A DNA stretch of 46,211 bases, counting the filler, from Catajapyx aquilonaris (lineage: Eukaryota), in assembly GCA_000934665.2 (NCBI GenBank). It is 2 parts of 2 records of this genome, joined end to end, with 100 filler letters (N's around TTAATTAATTAA, not from the genome) between each part and the next. Parts side by side here need not be neighbours in the genome. Positions count along the whole stretch, not along the records: positions 23,160 to 46,211 come from JYFJ02005763.1; 1 more part is not named here. One strand, given 5' to 3'. Below are positions 45,968-46,211 of the stretch, one piece after another (the first letter of the stretch is position 1; each line of letters begins with the position of its first letter). Both the position numbers and the translations under genes were made by a program. The notes below the pieces were generated by a model. It was given only the letters and a program-made list of their open reading frames with translations. It did not search any database and was not told the origin of the DNA.

Positions 45968-46211
45968 CTTCAAGTGGAACTTCAGGTGGCGGACTGGCGG
46001 TCACGGTGGCAGTCGAATGTGTGTGTGGCACTTCCAGCTGGGATTCTTCCTAGGGCCGCCACTACCAACCAAGTTCAGGTAGTTGCCACATGGCGCTACA
46101 AACCAGGTGGTGAATAAGGTGACTAGATAGAAAAGGTGGCGTCAACCTTTGAAGTGAGCTGTGCCGCCAACGGGGCTCTCTGATTGGTCCAGCCCGTTTC
46201 CTGCCCCGCCA

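Overview
Animal genomic DNA, probably arthropod (inferred from gene content, spliceosomal GT-AG introns and repeat style), with two assembly gaps. Four spliced genes can be supported. (1) The last coding exon of a PITPNC1/rdgB-beta-type phosphatidylinositol transfer protein (+). (2) A strongly diverged ESRP/fusilli-like qRRM gene (-, about 20.9 kb to 11.6 kb) that appears to lack the N-terminal half and ends in a 21-aa tandem repeat. (3) An SH2-C1-RhoGAP chimaerin (+, 27.7-32.8 kb). (4) A complete LMAN1/ERGIC-53 (-, 45967 to 37153). Introns and intergenic DNA are dense with non-autonomous elements: four tRNA-headed SINE families, many with exact target-site duplications (TSDs), a 5'-truncated LINE nested in a TIR element, hAT-, Tc1/mariner- and Harbinger-type MITEs, and long foldback elements. 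The most notable non-genic signal is a covarying 3' stem-loop (CCCCCT-[GC hairpin]-ACGGGGT) shared by the LINE and four otherwise different SINE families, which suggests one LINE mobilising a guild of SINEs. All family assignments come from recalled motifs; no database search was run.
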